Shown: positions 40,336 to 54,476 of the stretch, one piece after another | How the letters are laid out: the number at the start of each line of letters is the position of its first letter | Numbering within the stretch: the stretch's first letter is position 1 | Assembly: GCA_964016885.1 (NCBI GenBank) | Contig: OZ024741.1 | Span: 276,520,001-276,584,000 of the forward strand | Length of the DNA: 64,000 bases | Origin: Eledone cirrhosa | Lineage: Eukaryota | Reading direction: 5' to 3' | Made by a program: the position numbers and the translations under genes | Notes under the pieces: model-generated | The model's database searches: none | Seen by the model: only the letters and a program-made list of their open reading frames with translations | What the model was told of the DNA's origin: nothing

Positions 40336-43117
40336 CAGCCACCACCGCCACTGGACCACCACTACCATCATTACGACTGTCACTGATACAACCACCAATG
40401 CCACACCACATCAACATTGCTACAATACAACCACTACCACCATCAACACCACAACCAACACCTCCACTATCACTACTACCACCACCATCACTACCGCCAC
40501 TAACCACTTAAATATCATGAACACCACTAACCACTGCCACTGCCCTCACCATGATGCTACCACTACCACCATCAGTATCACTATGATACTATCACCATAC
40601 ATTGCCATCAATGCCCCCACTACCACCATAACCCACCCACCTTCACTACCACCGCCATTACTGTTACACTACTAACACTATGATACTACAACCAGCAGTG
40701 TCATACAGTACCACTATCACCACAACACTATAACCACTACCACCACACTATAACAACTATCATCACTACCATTAACACACTATCATCACCACTACAACCA
40801 CACTACAATTACTACTGTGACACTACAGCCACAACCACCACACTATAGCCACAACCACCAGGCCACAACCACTTCCACCACACTACAGCCACTACCACCA
40901 TACTACAGCCACTACCAAAACACTGCAACTACTGAATTCAGAGCATGTTAGTCTTTGATACTCTTTATCTTAAAAATAAAGATGGCCTGGTCACAGCAAG
41001 AACACTTTTTGATCAGAGCTGATCTGAGATTTAACAATAAGGACTTTGTCTTGGTTTTCTATAATAAAACTCCATTTACACCTAAGATCCTTACATCTAT
41101 TGCTTCCTTTTAGAGAATAAATTTCATCACCCTTCCACTACTGTAAAGTTGATAAAAAAATTATACATTATAATTAAAAAGTATTTTGTAATTTGCTTGA
41201 AGCATTGTGTTAGTGTATAAAGTACTATGTTATTCAAATGCTACGACAATGCAAAATGGACTGTAGATTTTTGAATATATTGAAGGCTGCGACACACCTA
41301 CATCTCTATTGCCTTCAATTTATTACAAAATCTTTCATCCATTTTGCATTGTCATAGCCTTCAAATAACAAACTACATTATAATTAGATTTTAATCATTG
41401 AAATTATTTTTAGCTAACCCTTTTGATACCAACCTGCCCTAAACTGCTCCAGGTGCTATGAAGTGTAAAGCATTCATCTTTAAATTCATATTTAAATTAA
41501 ATTCTTCTCATATAATCTTATATAAGAACTATATATTGATTAAGTTACTATCTTACTGATGAAATAATATTTTTTGTAAATCCCTCCAAATTTTTCATTA
41601 ATTAATTGAAATAGAATGTATTTCATTAGAAACATGGTCATGAAAAGGTTTAGCATTTATTGAATAATTAAAGGTGACAGTTTTTACAATGAAAAACTAA
41701 TTAGTATTGTTTACCCTCTTTCCTTCCTCACTACTCCTTACTTTCTAACGAACCACCCTTCCCAATCTTTATCTTCCAGTGCCCCCTATGGTGGGGGTGG
41801 TATCACCCACTTTGATAATCAGTTTTATAGGGATATTATATCAGACCCTAGTATATAACTGATACGTTAGTTTATGGGTACAGCAGATTGGCAGAACTGT
41901 TAAATGTTGGAGGAAATGCCAACAACTATTACACCACAATTTATTTTGAGCTCCTTGCATTCTTAGTTCAAATTATGCCAAGGTTCTTCCATTAAAACAC
42001 CAATGCCTGGCCCTTCAATGCTTTTAGCAGAATTTAGTTTCTCGTAAGAATTTGGGTCAGGTCTCCCAGCTTGAGGATCCCTTTGTCTCTCTCACCAGTC
42101 ATGGAGGCTCTGAAAAGAGTCATGGGCAGGCACATGGCCCTTCTCTCCCTGACTTATCTGTTTAATTACTGAACACACAACAATGCAAATGAGGGGGTTG
42201 GGAAGGGGTCCACAATGGAGGCCTGATAGAATAGTAGGGAGTTGAGGTGGTAGTGATGCAGGTGGCCCAAAATGCGGATGGTGGAATGGTAAGAGGGTTG
42301 AGGTAGTGGTGGAAGGGAAAAGGGTGGTGGTGGTGAAGGAGTGACAGGGGTTGTTGGTGGTGAAGGAGGAAAGGTAGGAAGTGTTGAGGGAGATGTTAGT
42401 GATGAAGGATGGGAGGAAGGTAGGAGTGATAAAAGGGAAGAAAGAGGCAAGGTAATGGTGGTGGTTGGAGGAGAGGAAGGGGAAAGGTAGTGATGGTGGA
42501 GGGGAGGAAGGAAGAGGTGGTGGTGGTGGTAAAAGAGGGAGAGAGATGGATGTGGTGGTGTAGGTGACCACAAAACAGATAATACAACCAATTGTCTTCT
42601 TTGAAGTTTGGGAATATCTCAGATCTTCCTTAAAATTGATTGTCTGTGGTGATTGGTGGTGTAGTGGTAATGATAGTAGTGGTGGTGGTGGTGGTAGTAC
42701 TGGTGCTGTAATGGTGATTGTAGTGTAATGGTTGGTGGTGGTGGTGGGGACACTGTAATAGTTATAGGGGTAACATTAATGGTGATAGTAGTTGTATTGG
42801 GGGTGGTGGTAATGTAATGTTGTTGGTAGTGTAATGGTAGTTGTTGGTGATGGTAGTATTTGATGGTGATAAGCATTGTAATTGTGGTGGTTGGTGCTGT
42901 AATGGTACTGGCTGTGGTTATGGTGGTGTAATTGTGGTAGTTGTTGCTTACATTTGTGGTGGGTGTGGTATAATGGTGGTGGTGGTGGTAGTGGTGGTGG
43001 TAGTTGTGGTAATAGTGGTGGTTGTGGTAGTAGTAGTGGTGGCGGTGGTGGTGGGTGTGGTAGTAGTAGTGGTGGTAGTTATGGTGGTGGTATCAGTGAT
43101 GGCAGTATAATATAGTA

Positions 43118-43510
43118 TTGTTGGTGATAGTGGTGGTGGTAATGTTGATCTTGGTGGGGTTGGTGATAGTGGTGGTGGTAATGTTGATCTTGGTGGGGTT
43201 GGTGATAGTGGTGGTGGTGGTAATGTTGATCTTGGTGGGGTTGGTGATAGTGGTGGTGGTGGTAATGTTGCTCTTGGTGGTGGTGGTGATAGTGGTGGTG
43301 GTGGTAATGTTGATCTTGGTGGGGTTGGTGATAGTGGTGGTGGTGGTAATGTTGCTCTTGGTGGGGTTGGTGATAGTGGTGGTGGTGGTAATGTTGCTCT
43401 TGGTGGGGTTGGTGATAGTGGTGGTGGTAATGTTGCTCTTGGTGGGGTTGGTGATAGTGGTGGTGGTAATGTTGCTCTTGGTGGGGTTGGTGATAGTGGT
43501 GGTGGTGGTG
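43118..43510 (+). repeat. 39-42 bp GGT-rich minisatellite inside a GGT-rich tract (about 42230-43560)
   Basis: Unit ttggtgatagtggtggtggtaatgttg[a/c]tcttggtgggg. Confidence 0.9.
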
Positions 43511-46119
43511 ATGAAGATGAGGGTAGTTGTGGTGGTGGTAATAGTGAGAGTGGTGCTGCTAGTTAAGTATGAGGTGTGTGAGAGCTAATAAGGAAATAAA
43601 GTTATAAATTTGAATGTAAATGATGTCGAAAATTGGCTGTGTGTGTATTTGTGTGGTGTGTTGTATACGTGTGGTGTGGTGTCTTGTGCATGTGTGTATG
43701 TTTGTGCTGTGTGTGTATGTGTGTTTACTTGCATGTATCAGTGTATATATACAGATGGGTGTATGTGAATGTTATGTGTGTGTGTTAATGTGCTTATGTT
43801 ATATATACATAGTTGTAGATGTGTCTGATCAAATGAGTGCAAATGATTGATTTGTGTATGTGGGTATGTATGTATGTGTTTGTGTATGTATCTATGGGTA
43901 GGTGGGTGTGTATACACAGACACAAACATATATGTACACACACACCACATACATACAGACACCAATACACACAACTACATATCGGTATGTAGGAAATATC
44001 ATACAGTCACATATACACACACATATTCACACACACACATATACACCACATATATCATTGTTTCATTAAATGCCGGAATTTGAATGCATGCATGCACAGG
44101 TGATGTTGTTTCACTGCAGCTGCATCTGTTACTATGGCAACCACTGTAACGTCGGCGAGCATGTGCACCAGGGCATGCATAACTAATACAAATGGCTTTA
44201 AGGTTGGATGTCCTTAATGCCAACTAAAACCTCTGTGCGTAAGTATGTCTGTGTGGGTGTATATATATGTGTGTGTGTGTGTATGCATGTATGTGTATAT
44301 AGACACATGTACACACATTTCTTTGTATATATATATATGCATATGTATGCATACACATGCACACACACGTACATACATACATACCCAATACCATCCCAGT
44401 ATGGAAAAACATGTTAAATGATGATGCACACATACACCTGCACATACACACATATATGTATGTATGTGTCTGTGTGTGTTTATACATGTACCTAAGTGTG
44501 TATATGAGGTTAACTATGACTATGTAGTTGCTTGTGTACATTTTCTTTCCTGTTTTGCCTAAGTATTATGTAGGTATATATTTGTGTGTTTCAGTATGTG
44601 TGTGTGTGATTGTCTGTACGTACATATGAGTGTGTGTTATTGGAAAAGAACATGGCCTAGAGAGCAGCGTATTGAGCTCATGAGCATAAGGTCATAGGTT
44701 CAATTTCCTGACCAGGCAATGCTTTTAGGACTGTTGCCTCTATCATTGAAACACGTGAGAAACCTCCTGTGAGATGCAATTTTGTAGGAAGTTTGCTTTG
44801 CAATCACAAAGCCTCAGCTTCGATCCTACTGTGTGGCATCTCAGGCAAATGTCTTAAATAGTTCTGTGTCAACCCAAGCCTTGTCACTGAAGTTGGGTTA
44901 GACGGAAACTGTATGAAAGCCTATCAGATAGATTGTACATGTACTTTGAAAGATTCAGCCTTGTCCACACATTGTGTCATGCTGATTTGGCTTTCAAAAT
45001 CACATTAAGCTCATCAAAACAGAAGATCCATCATCTTCATCATCATATATGTGTGTGTGTGTGTGAGTATGTATATGTGTATGTTTAATACGTGTCTGTG
45101 TGTGCATGTGTACATGATAGATTCATAATTCATTGAAGCTATACTTGCAACCAGAGAAAGGAAACAAAAATTTAGCAGCAGCTGATAACAGCTCTGAAGG
45201 AGAAAGGGAGATAATTCCAATGAATCAAGAATTCATTCATGGTTGAATCAACAGGGAAAAAACAACTTGATCTTTGTTTGCTAAAACAGCCACAAGGTTT
45301 TTGCTTCCCTTCTCTATTCTCTATCTCATAATGTAGTTTCAATGAATCAAATATTTATCATGAATGGCATTTAGTACACACTATTAACCTAATTGACCAA
45401 ATTATTGCTACTGGCCCTTTTTGAGTCATTTTCTCTTGGTTCCTTTTAGTATATAAATGTGTGTGTGTGTGTGCGCGCATGTGTGTGTGGCGAGAGTATC
45501 AACAAGGAGAAAAAAGTGGTCTATATATAGAGTTAATTTATTATGATCCGTACAAACATTGATTACAATTATGTAAGATTTTCAGACCATGTGCAATGAA
45601 TATTCAGTCTGTCCGAATCATAACAATGTGTATGTATGTGTGTGTGTGTGTGATCATCATCATTTTTACGTCCATTTACCCATGCTTACATGAGTTAGAG
45701 GAGTCCTCTCTATTGCAGTATCTCCCCACTTATCCCTTTCTTTTGTCAGGTTAGGGATCCTGAGTTTAGCTGTCACCACCTCTGCTGATACCTTTCGGGT
45801 CTTCCTCTTCTATGACTTTCTTTGTTCTACTACGTCAACTAACGATTATCATTTGTATACATTGCATATCCATAACATCATTATCTTCCCTCCTACATGT
45901 AACAGCTGCAGCTTGATAATGTCTGCCTTCCTCATCGGGTGGCTATTGTGGTCCAGTTGCATAAGCCGAGATTAGGAGGATAGGTGGTCCGTGTTTGAAT
46001 TGCCAAATTTGGAGGGTGAGTAAGGTTTGGTTTGGCAGAAGTCATGGGAACAGGTTGCTGTTTAGTTTAGGGTGTTTGCTGAGGGTTAGTAGACTGATTG
46101 GAACAATAGCAGTCTTATT

Positions 46120-46158
<39 letters not shown>

Positions 46159-46868
46159 TCATCATATTCATCGTTTAATGTCCATCTTCCATGCTAGATA
46201 GGTTAGACGGTTTTGTTCCATTTGATGCGGGAATGGTCAGGAGACTGTGTCTCACTCGTACGGAAGTGTCTCTGGCAGGTTTTTTTTTTTGCAGCTGGAT
46301 GCCCTTCCTAACACCAACCACATTTACAGTGTGGACTGGGAGCCTTTTTACTGTGTCTCCTACATGACCACCTTACAGTGTGGACTGTTGTGTCATTGAC
46401 ACAGTGGGTGGAACGGAAAAGGGAGGATGGGTTAGGGTGTGTGGGAACATTAATGCCACAGAAGAGTTGTTTTAACTATTTAAACTATTTTGTTGCCATA
46501 TTTCTAATGAAAGACTTTGCCTATGGTTATCAAGTAAAATTTGAAATTAATCAAGAATTTGGAGGGTTTTAATAATATAACTAACTTTCTCATAAAAAAT
46601 CTTATATTGAATTATGATGAAACTTTAAAATAAACAGTTTTGTATCATAAAACCAGGGTTGGTTTCAGGCAATTTGGTATCAAATGAGTTAACACAGAAA
46701 ACTCATTATATTCACTTTTCATTAATACTTAACAATACAATTTATTAGGTGTCCAAAAAGTTCCATTACACTTTTGTGATCAGGCCACAAACAAAATTCT
46801 ATTGTATGTATATGTGTATGTGCTAACCTGTATCTGTTTATTCATGTGTGTGTGTTTGTGTGTATATA

Positions 46869-47250
46869 CGAGGGTAATCCCAAATGTAAGGTCTCCTTCC
46901 AATATTGCAACTTTTCCGTTAAAATCCTGTGGATGGTGCTTCGGGAAACCTCAGGAACCAAAATGCAGAGTGATCCACCGATCTTTACGCATGTTTTCCT
47001 CGGAAGGAGACCTTACTTATGGGATTGCCCTCTTATATAATAACTGCGCGAAATTCGCACTTGGCGGTAGCGTTCAACGGGAGCCCCATTCTCAATGGCT
47101 GCCAAGCCAAGATTGAGCATCCCAGCGAAGCGCCGCATGCTTGTTAGGGAGTGAAGGAAGCACCAATCACAACAGTGTTGCCAACAGCCGTACAAACAGT
47201 TTCTCTGCGTCCCCATCGCTTTGGAGACCTTACTTTTGGGATTACCCTCG
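46869..47250. mobile_element. mariner-type MITE with 28 bp TIRs and TA target duplication
   Basis: ta|cgagggtaatcccaaatgtaaggtctcc ... ggagaccttacttttgggattaccctcg|ta (one mismatch). A third TIR copy lies at 47006-47033. Confidence 0.9.
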
Positions 47251-47656
47251 TATATATGCTTATGTGCTAACCTGTGTGTGTATGTGTGTGTTTGAGGTCT
47301 TATGTATATGTGTATCCATGCATATATATATGTTTATGTGATGTTCTGTGCCTGTTTATTCATATGTGTGTTTATGAATTTACAGCAATACAGGTTCATA
47401 AATACTTATACCTTCTCTCTTTCTTCCCCCCTCTTTTCTTTGTATCACAAATTCCTTCCTCTCCCGTGGGCCATCATGTATTGTCCATTCCAACTAAATG
47501 ATAGCATTTAAGTGTCAGTTAAATATTCCTCATTAATCAGCTTGTGGAATTATTTATGGCTAAACAAACACATACCATGTTGGAGTTTAGGTTTTTACTA
47601 TAGCTCGTAAAAAGTTGATTGGCTTAAAATTTCATATTCATGTTGTATATATTTAA

Positions 47657-47875
47657 CCCTTTAGCATTTAAACTGGCCATATCTGGCCAGAATTCTCTCA
47701 CCTCTTTCTCTTCAAACCAGATGTAACTGGCCACTCATACTGATGTTAAGGTATTGTTCTCAAAAGAAATAACATCAACATCTCATAGATTCAATATTAT
47801 GCAAGATAATTGTGTGGCAAAGCCTTTATCACAAAAATACAATAGTAAATATAGAGTAATGTAAATGCTAAAGGG
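47657..47875. mobile_element. piggyBac-type MITE (intact)
   Basis: TTAA|CCCTTTAGCATTTA ... TAAATGCTAAAGGG|TTAA: perfect 14 bp TIRs and a TTAA target duplication. Confidence 0.92.
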
Positions 47876-48509
47876 TTAAAAGGAAGATGGATAGATATAT
47901 AAAAGGAGAAAAAGGAGTGGGGAAGAAGAAAAAAGATGAGTTCGGGTGTGGGAAAACTCTTCACCCATGGTTATCTCAGCTGTGCCCCACTGATGAGATG
48001 ATGGAAATATTGCCTCAGAAAACAACCACCATTAACCGATAACTGCTGCAGCAGCCATTCCACCTCATAGTGTTCCTTCCTCAGGTGTGGTGACCCTCAT
48101 TCCTCCCTCAGGTGTGGTGACCCTCCCCACCTCCTAATTTGACAGAGGAAAAGGGCGATCTAGGGACTGAGGGCACCAGACATCTTGATGACAGCTGTCA
48201 CAAAAGGAAATAGTCAGTCAGCGCTTGGTATTTAGTTATCTCCCACTCCTCTGTAGCAGTCTGGAAACTGAAGACACAGGTGGTCTTGCAGGTTATCAGC
48301 CCAAAAAAGAAATAGTCAGTGACAGCTTGATATTGAATCATCCATGGCAGTCCAGAGAGCAAGGACTGAAGCTTTCAATAATTTCAGGCACACTAAATAA
48401 TTCTAACTTTGGTACAAGACCAGTTATTTGGGGAAAGGGGCAAAAGTTGGTTATATCGACCCCAGAAAAATAAACAGAAAGAGAGAGAGAGTTATAGGCA
48501 AATTATATA

Positions 48510-48750
48510 ATGTCTCAGTGGTAAGGGTGTTAGACTTACAATCATATTGTTGTGGGTTTGATTCTTGGGCTGGGTTTCACTTCATTTTACATATCTCCAG
48601 TATACTCAGCTGAAAATAAGTACCAGCAATAACTGAGGGTTTAACTCTGTGATGGACTAGCATCCTGTCCAGGGGGAGTCATGTACTCTCAGTTGCTTCA
48701 CGCCATGAAACCAGGATAAGCACTGGCCTAACAAGCCTTCTGGCTTAAGA
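48510..48750 (+). mobile_element. tRNA-head SINE with a V-domain-like module
   Basis: ctcagtggtaagggtgttagac...ctgtgatggactagcatcctgtccagggg; a related copy lies at about 21240-21500. Confidence 0.6.
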
Positions 48751-49660
48751 CAAACATACCCAGGACAGAAAGCTGTGCCCAGTAATGCAATAAAAAGCAT
48801 ACAGTAATTATTGTTTCTACTTTTAGTACGAAGCCAGCAATTTGAAGGAGCGAGGAAAGTCAATTAAATTGCCCCTAATGCTTAACTATTATTTTATTTT
48901 ATCGACCCCAGAATGACGAAAGACAAAGTTGATTTTGGCGGGATTTGAATTCAAAAATGTAGAAAGTTTTAAACTATATACCACCAAAGCCTTTTGTCCG
49001 ATACTGTTGGGCATTCTTTAAATATTTGCCATTAAACAGCTTGTGGTTGTATTTATGGCTAATACAGCAATACTGTTTTATACTAGTAATTCTTTATATC
49101 ATGCTGAAATTTGTTAGTACTAAATAGTTTGTCAAGTAGTAAATTTTTATTTTCCTGGTTGTATAGTTTTATAGCTCACACCAACCTCCACACACACATG
49201 ATCTAGCTAGCCATTTGTGTGTGCGTGTGTGTATATATATATAAATAATCATCACTGTTTGTCTTATTTTTCCATGCTTATATATATATTATATATATGT
49301 GTGTGTGATTTATTTTTAGAAAAGCCTACAGCTGTGGAAACTATGGCAAAATTTGGAATGTTCAAATGTGACACAGTCTGTTGACTTACCCAGCAAGGCA
49401 GTAACAATGAAGACACACACATGCACAACTACACACATATTTATAAATAGTCCACTGTCAGTTTTGAAGATGTGTATTCTATATATATATATTGTAAAGA
49501 GTTAATGTCCGATGGCTGAGCACTGACTGGTCAAAACAACAAGAGCTCAGCCATCAGGCACTAACTCCTTATAAAACCTATACCCTACTTTCCCAAGTAT
49601 TGAGTACTTAGATGAACTATGGTCTTACCAGTCTAAACTGGTAACTCCCAATCTCTCTCG

Positions 49661-49756
<96 letters not shown>

Positions 49757-49888
49757 ATAATAATCCAAAGAGGGCTTGATAAGGATTATATATATACATA
49801 TAAAATCCCATAGAGCAAATATTTATTTTCAGAAGATCCCATAATAGAGTTAAACAACAATTCTTTGCTTAAACTTTAATATGTACTC

Positions 49889-49948
<60 letters not shown>

Positions 49949-51537
49949 TACACATACAAGGAAGCTGGAATGAAGTCAAGATGTTGATGCAGAGTCGAAC
50001 TCTGAACATTGTGATCAAACGCTGAGCTGATTGATATTGAAACACTTGTCATATGCAATAAAGTTAATTTATGGTGCAACCTTGACTTCGTTCCTGCTTA
50101 CTTGTACTTGCACTCTGCATGTTACAGTCGCTTTAATCAAGGTGTGCACTGAAGTATTACCACCTGAGTACTTTGAGTGCTTTAACCGAAGAACAGCATA
50201 TAACTATTTAATAAACAACACAATATAATTATTCCATTACTCAAGGTTTCACAAAGTTAGATGATTCTAACAGAAACGTCTGATATCGTTTATCAGAAGG
50301 AATCTTAATGGAATAATTATATTGTGTTTATTACATAATTAAATAGCTCTGTACTATACATAGAGCACTCTTCTTTCCTTTACCTTTTCCACGGAAATAC
50401 TTAAAACATATATATATATAATAGACTGTTTGATAAGCCAGTGACACTTAATAACAGATATTATATCGACCCCGTTTGGATGAAAAGCAAAGTCAAATCC
50501 CACCGAGGTTAACTTTGCCTTTCATCCTTACGGGGTCGATAAAATAAAGTACCAGTAATGTACTGGGATAATTGCTGGCCTTGTGCCAAAAGTAGAAACA
50601 ATTATATTGACTGTGTACACAGCATGAATTCCTTAATACAGCACATGTCTACTGTGTTTATCATACAAACCATAAACAAGCATTAGATATACACACTGTG
50701 GTGTTAAGTGCTTCCCGATGTAGAAGCTGTGCCAAAAAGTGTTGAGAGGACCTTCAGTCATGACCACACAAGCTCTCTAGTGTTGGTGTCATGAAAAATG
50801 CACCCTGTACATCCTGTAAGGGGGTTAGTAAATGGAAGGACTCCCTGATGTAGAAACATTGCCAAAACTTTGCCAGGTTGTGATACAGAGGACCCTTTAA
50901 AGTGGTTGATAATAGAAAAGGCATCCAGCTATAGAAAACTTTCTAAACAAAGGGTCAAGAGGACTCTTCGGTTGTGTCAGTGACTTGGCAATCTCCCTAG
51001 TTCTGTTGTTATCCTAAAATGCACTCAGTGAACTCTGTAGAGTGTGTGTGTGTGTGTGGGGAGGGGCATAAATGAGTGAGCTGCAGCCCCCAACTTGTCT
51101 GAGAGGTCAGTAGCTTTAATTATGTACTGACTTGGTCAGTGATGACCTGTACAACCTTTGCTAACAGCGAAACATTGGATGTTAAATGGGTATGATGATA
51201 TATTCATAAATGCATCTGGTACACTCCATAAAGTATAGGAACGTTTGTGAGTGGGATGCAGCTCCCGGCCTGTCTATGAATGAAGACTGTGGCTCCGATC
51301 CAGTACTGACTTGGTCTGTGATGACCCCTGTCCAACCTATGCTAGCATGGAAAAGCAGCCGTTAAACAATAGTGGTGATGGTGGCGATGATTGTACATAC
51401 ACATACACACACACATGTGCATATAGATATGCACACAAGTACACACACACATTCATACATACACACATATACATACATACATACATACATGCATATACAC
51501 ACATACACACATGCACACACACATACATACATACATA

Positions 51538-51597
<60 letters not shown>

Positions 51598-51977
51598 TAT
51601 ACATACATACATACAGATATCGATATCTTTATACACATATACAGCCAACACATGTGTGTATGTGTGTGTCAGCTGTAGGGAAATGAAATGCAATCCAATC
51701 TTAGCAAATGCTGGATAAACTGATAGAATCCTTTTTAAAGTTGGAGGTCTTAATATAATCCTCTCTTGATCTCTCTGACATTTTTAACTCTGCAGAGATA
51801 TCAACAATGTTTAACTCTCGTCTTTTTATATCAGTCGTTTTTAGCTTCTAACTTTTTTTCCTGCTTTGCTTCTTCTATTTATCTCTTTATTTTGTTCATG
51901 TATTTATGTAGATTTGTCTGTCTACCATTTTTTTTTTCTTCCTGTCTTGTGTATTTATATATATGTTATATGTATAG

Positions 51978-52012
<35 letters not shown>

Positions 52013-52132
52013 TGTATCTGTACATATATACATTTATCATCACCATTCTATGTCCGTTTTCCACACACACACACACACACACAACCATGCATATACTTAT
52101 ATATATATATTTACACATGCCCACACACATAT

Positions 52133-52200
<68 letters not shown>

Positions 52201-52261
52201 CCATGCATATACTTATATATATATTTACACATGCCCACACACATATATTCACACACACACA

Positions 52262-52304
<43 letters not shown>

Positions 52305-52489
52305 CAATAGTTGAGTTAAGATTAAAATCTTGTCTTTCAGAAATAACATGGAAAAGATATTATAGCTACACTATACACAAACATTTTAAAGATTAGTGGT
52401 TCTCTTGCTGTTGGCTGTTGTAGTTGTAGTTGTTGCTCTTGTTGCTGTTGTTCAAATTGTTGTTGTTTCATCAGAAATAAGCAGCAACC

Positions 52490-52640
52490 CTCACCGCTGT
52501 CACCATTATCATCACTGCTACCACCATAACCACAATCTTCACTATTACCAATACCACTCCAAACATCAGCCCCCACCATCATCGTTATTGACATTATCAT
52601 CATCACCATCATCACAACCGCCATCACTATCACCACCACC

Positions 52641-52674
<34 letters not shown>

Positions 52675-53140
52675 TCATTACTGCCTCCACCATCATCGTC
52701 ATTATCATCATCATTACTGCCACCACCACCACCACCATCATCGTTATTATCATTATTACTGCCACCACCGTTGCCATTGCTACTACCAATATCGTCATCA
52801 TCACCACTTTCTTTACCATCATCATTATCGTAATCATCTCATCACCACCACCACCACCACCACCGTCATTGCCATCACCACTACCATTTTCATCATCGTC
52901 ACCACTAGCAACTATCATAGTTTTATTCACCTTGTTGTTGTTGTTGTATCATTGGAAATCAGTGGCCCCACCCCCTTCACTATCATCTCCCAAAGTTGTC
53001 TTCACCATCACTACCCACATCTGTTTCCTTGTTATTCATTACCAATCTTCTACTATAACAACACAACTACCACCACTATTATAAATAACCACCACCCACA
53101 CTTCCATCATCGTCCTCCTCCTCATGACTATCATCAACCT
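52490..53140 (+). repeat. (CAT)n/(CAC)n low-complexity tract
   Basis: Degenerate trinucleotide repeats. Confidence 0.85.
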
Positions 53141-53271
53141 TGCTTTTCATTCTTGTAGAGTGGGGTGGGTTTGGGGTTCTATAAAATAAAATACCAGTCA
53201 CATACGGGGAGGTCGATATAATCAACTATCAGTCTCCCAAATTTTTGGTCTTGGGTATACAAGTATTTTAG

Positions 53272-53479
53272 CCCTTTAGCGTTTAAAGCGGCTGTATCCG
53301 GCCAGAATTCTCTCACCTCTTTCTGTTCAAACTGGCCGTAACCAGCCACTCATACTAATGTTAAGGTATTGTTCTCAAAATAAATTATATCAAAATCTCG
53401 TAGATTCAATATTATGTGAGATAAAGCCTTTACCATGAAAATACAATAGTAAATATAGAGTAATGTAAATGCTAAAGGG
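53272..53479. mobile_element. piggyBac-type MITE
   Basis: ttag|ccctttagcgttta ... taaatgctaaaggg|ttaa. Confidence 0.88.
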
Positions 53480-53716
53480 TTAAGGCCATTTTTCTCTGCT
53501 AACACAGTGACTAGCCACATGGACCCTATGATAGACTTCATATTGTTTATGGGATCCTTTTTGAGACAATGTTATACAGCAAGATTCCTGGTATCAACTC
53601 CTTTTTTTTTCATCTCTTAACATATTGCAAGGATACAGGGGGCCTATTGTAAACCACATACACAGAAATTATATAAGGGGCAGTGGATTGGTGGAATCCT
53701 TAGAGCATTATATACA

Positions 53717-53900
53717 TGGATTGGCAGTATCGGTAGAGGGTCGGATGCCATGCTTTGATCCATAGAGTTACGGCCCTTTCCAGTCTGAGTTCAAATCCCA
53801 CCGAGGTTAACTTTGCTTTTCAACGTTACGGGGTCGATAAAATAAAGTACCAGTAATGCACTGGGTAATTGCTGGCTTTGTACCAAAAGTAGAAACAATT
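53717..53900 (+). mobile_element. SINE family B copy
   Basis: Matches the element at 26305. Confidence 0.88.
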
Positions 53901-54175
53901 ATATACATATATGTTATGTGTACCCCAGTTTTTAGAATAGGTACACCGTAACCCTGCTCATTGTAAGAGCTGACTAAATGGGGTTGGTTTCAGGAAAGGC
54001 AACTGGTTTTAAAATATTATCTCAAAAATGTCTTGTCCAACCCATGCCAGAACAGAAAGGTGGAGGTAAAAATGATAAGGAAATGGCAATGTCCTTCAGG
54101 TATTTGTTCTGGCTGTTTGTGTTCAAATCCTGCCACAGTTGACTTTGCCTCTCATCCTTTCCAAGGTTGATAACT

Positions 54176-54254
<79 letters not shown>

Positions 54255-54476
54255 TAGTCATCCCTCCATCTAAGGTGAAGCATTCATTCTGTGTTTTCTA
54301 ATGGCTAGAATAGTGTTGATAAAGTGGTCCAATATAGGGTCAATTTAACCAACTGTTCCTCCCCATAAAATGCCTGGCCTACATAATAAGAAACTATTTG
54401 TTTTATCCAACTCCACATGAATTATAGCCCCCATGCTCATAATGTTTATTGTCTTCTATGTGTGAGAATACAATAG

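Noticed and set aside
41414-41652. Second piggyBac-like MITE family (aacccttttgatacc ends; also near 11470, 46690, 56410, 56765)
   Set aside because: Termini and TTAA sites are too degenerate to define boundaries reliably.
43118-43588. 156 aa hydrophobic poly-Val ORF
   Set aside because: Translation of a GGT-rich minisatellite, with no splice or homology support.
51311-52930. Several 100-197 aa ORFs (HTHT, poly-M/V, poly-S/P)
   Set aside because: Translations of (CA)n, (TA)n and (CAT)n repeats.
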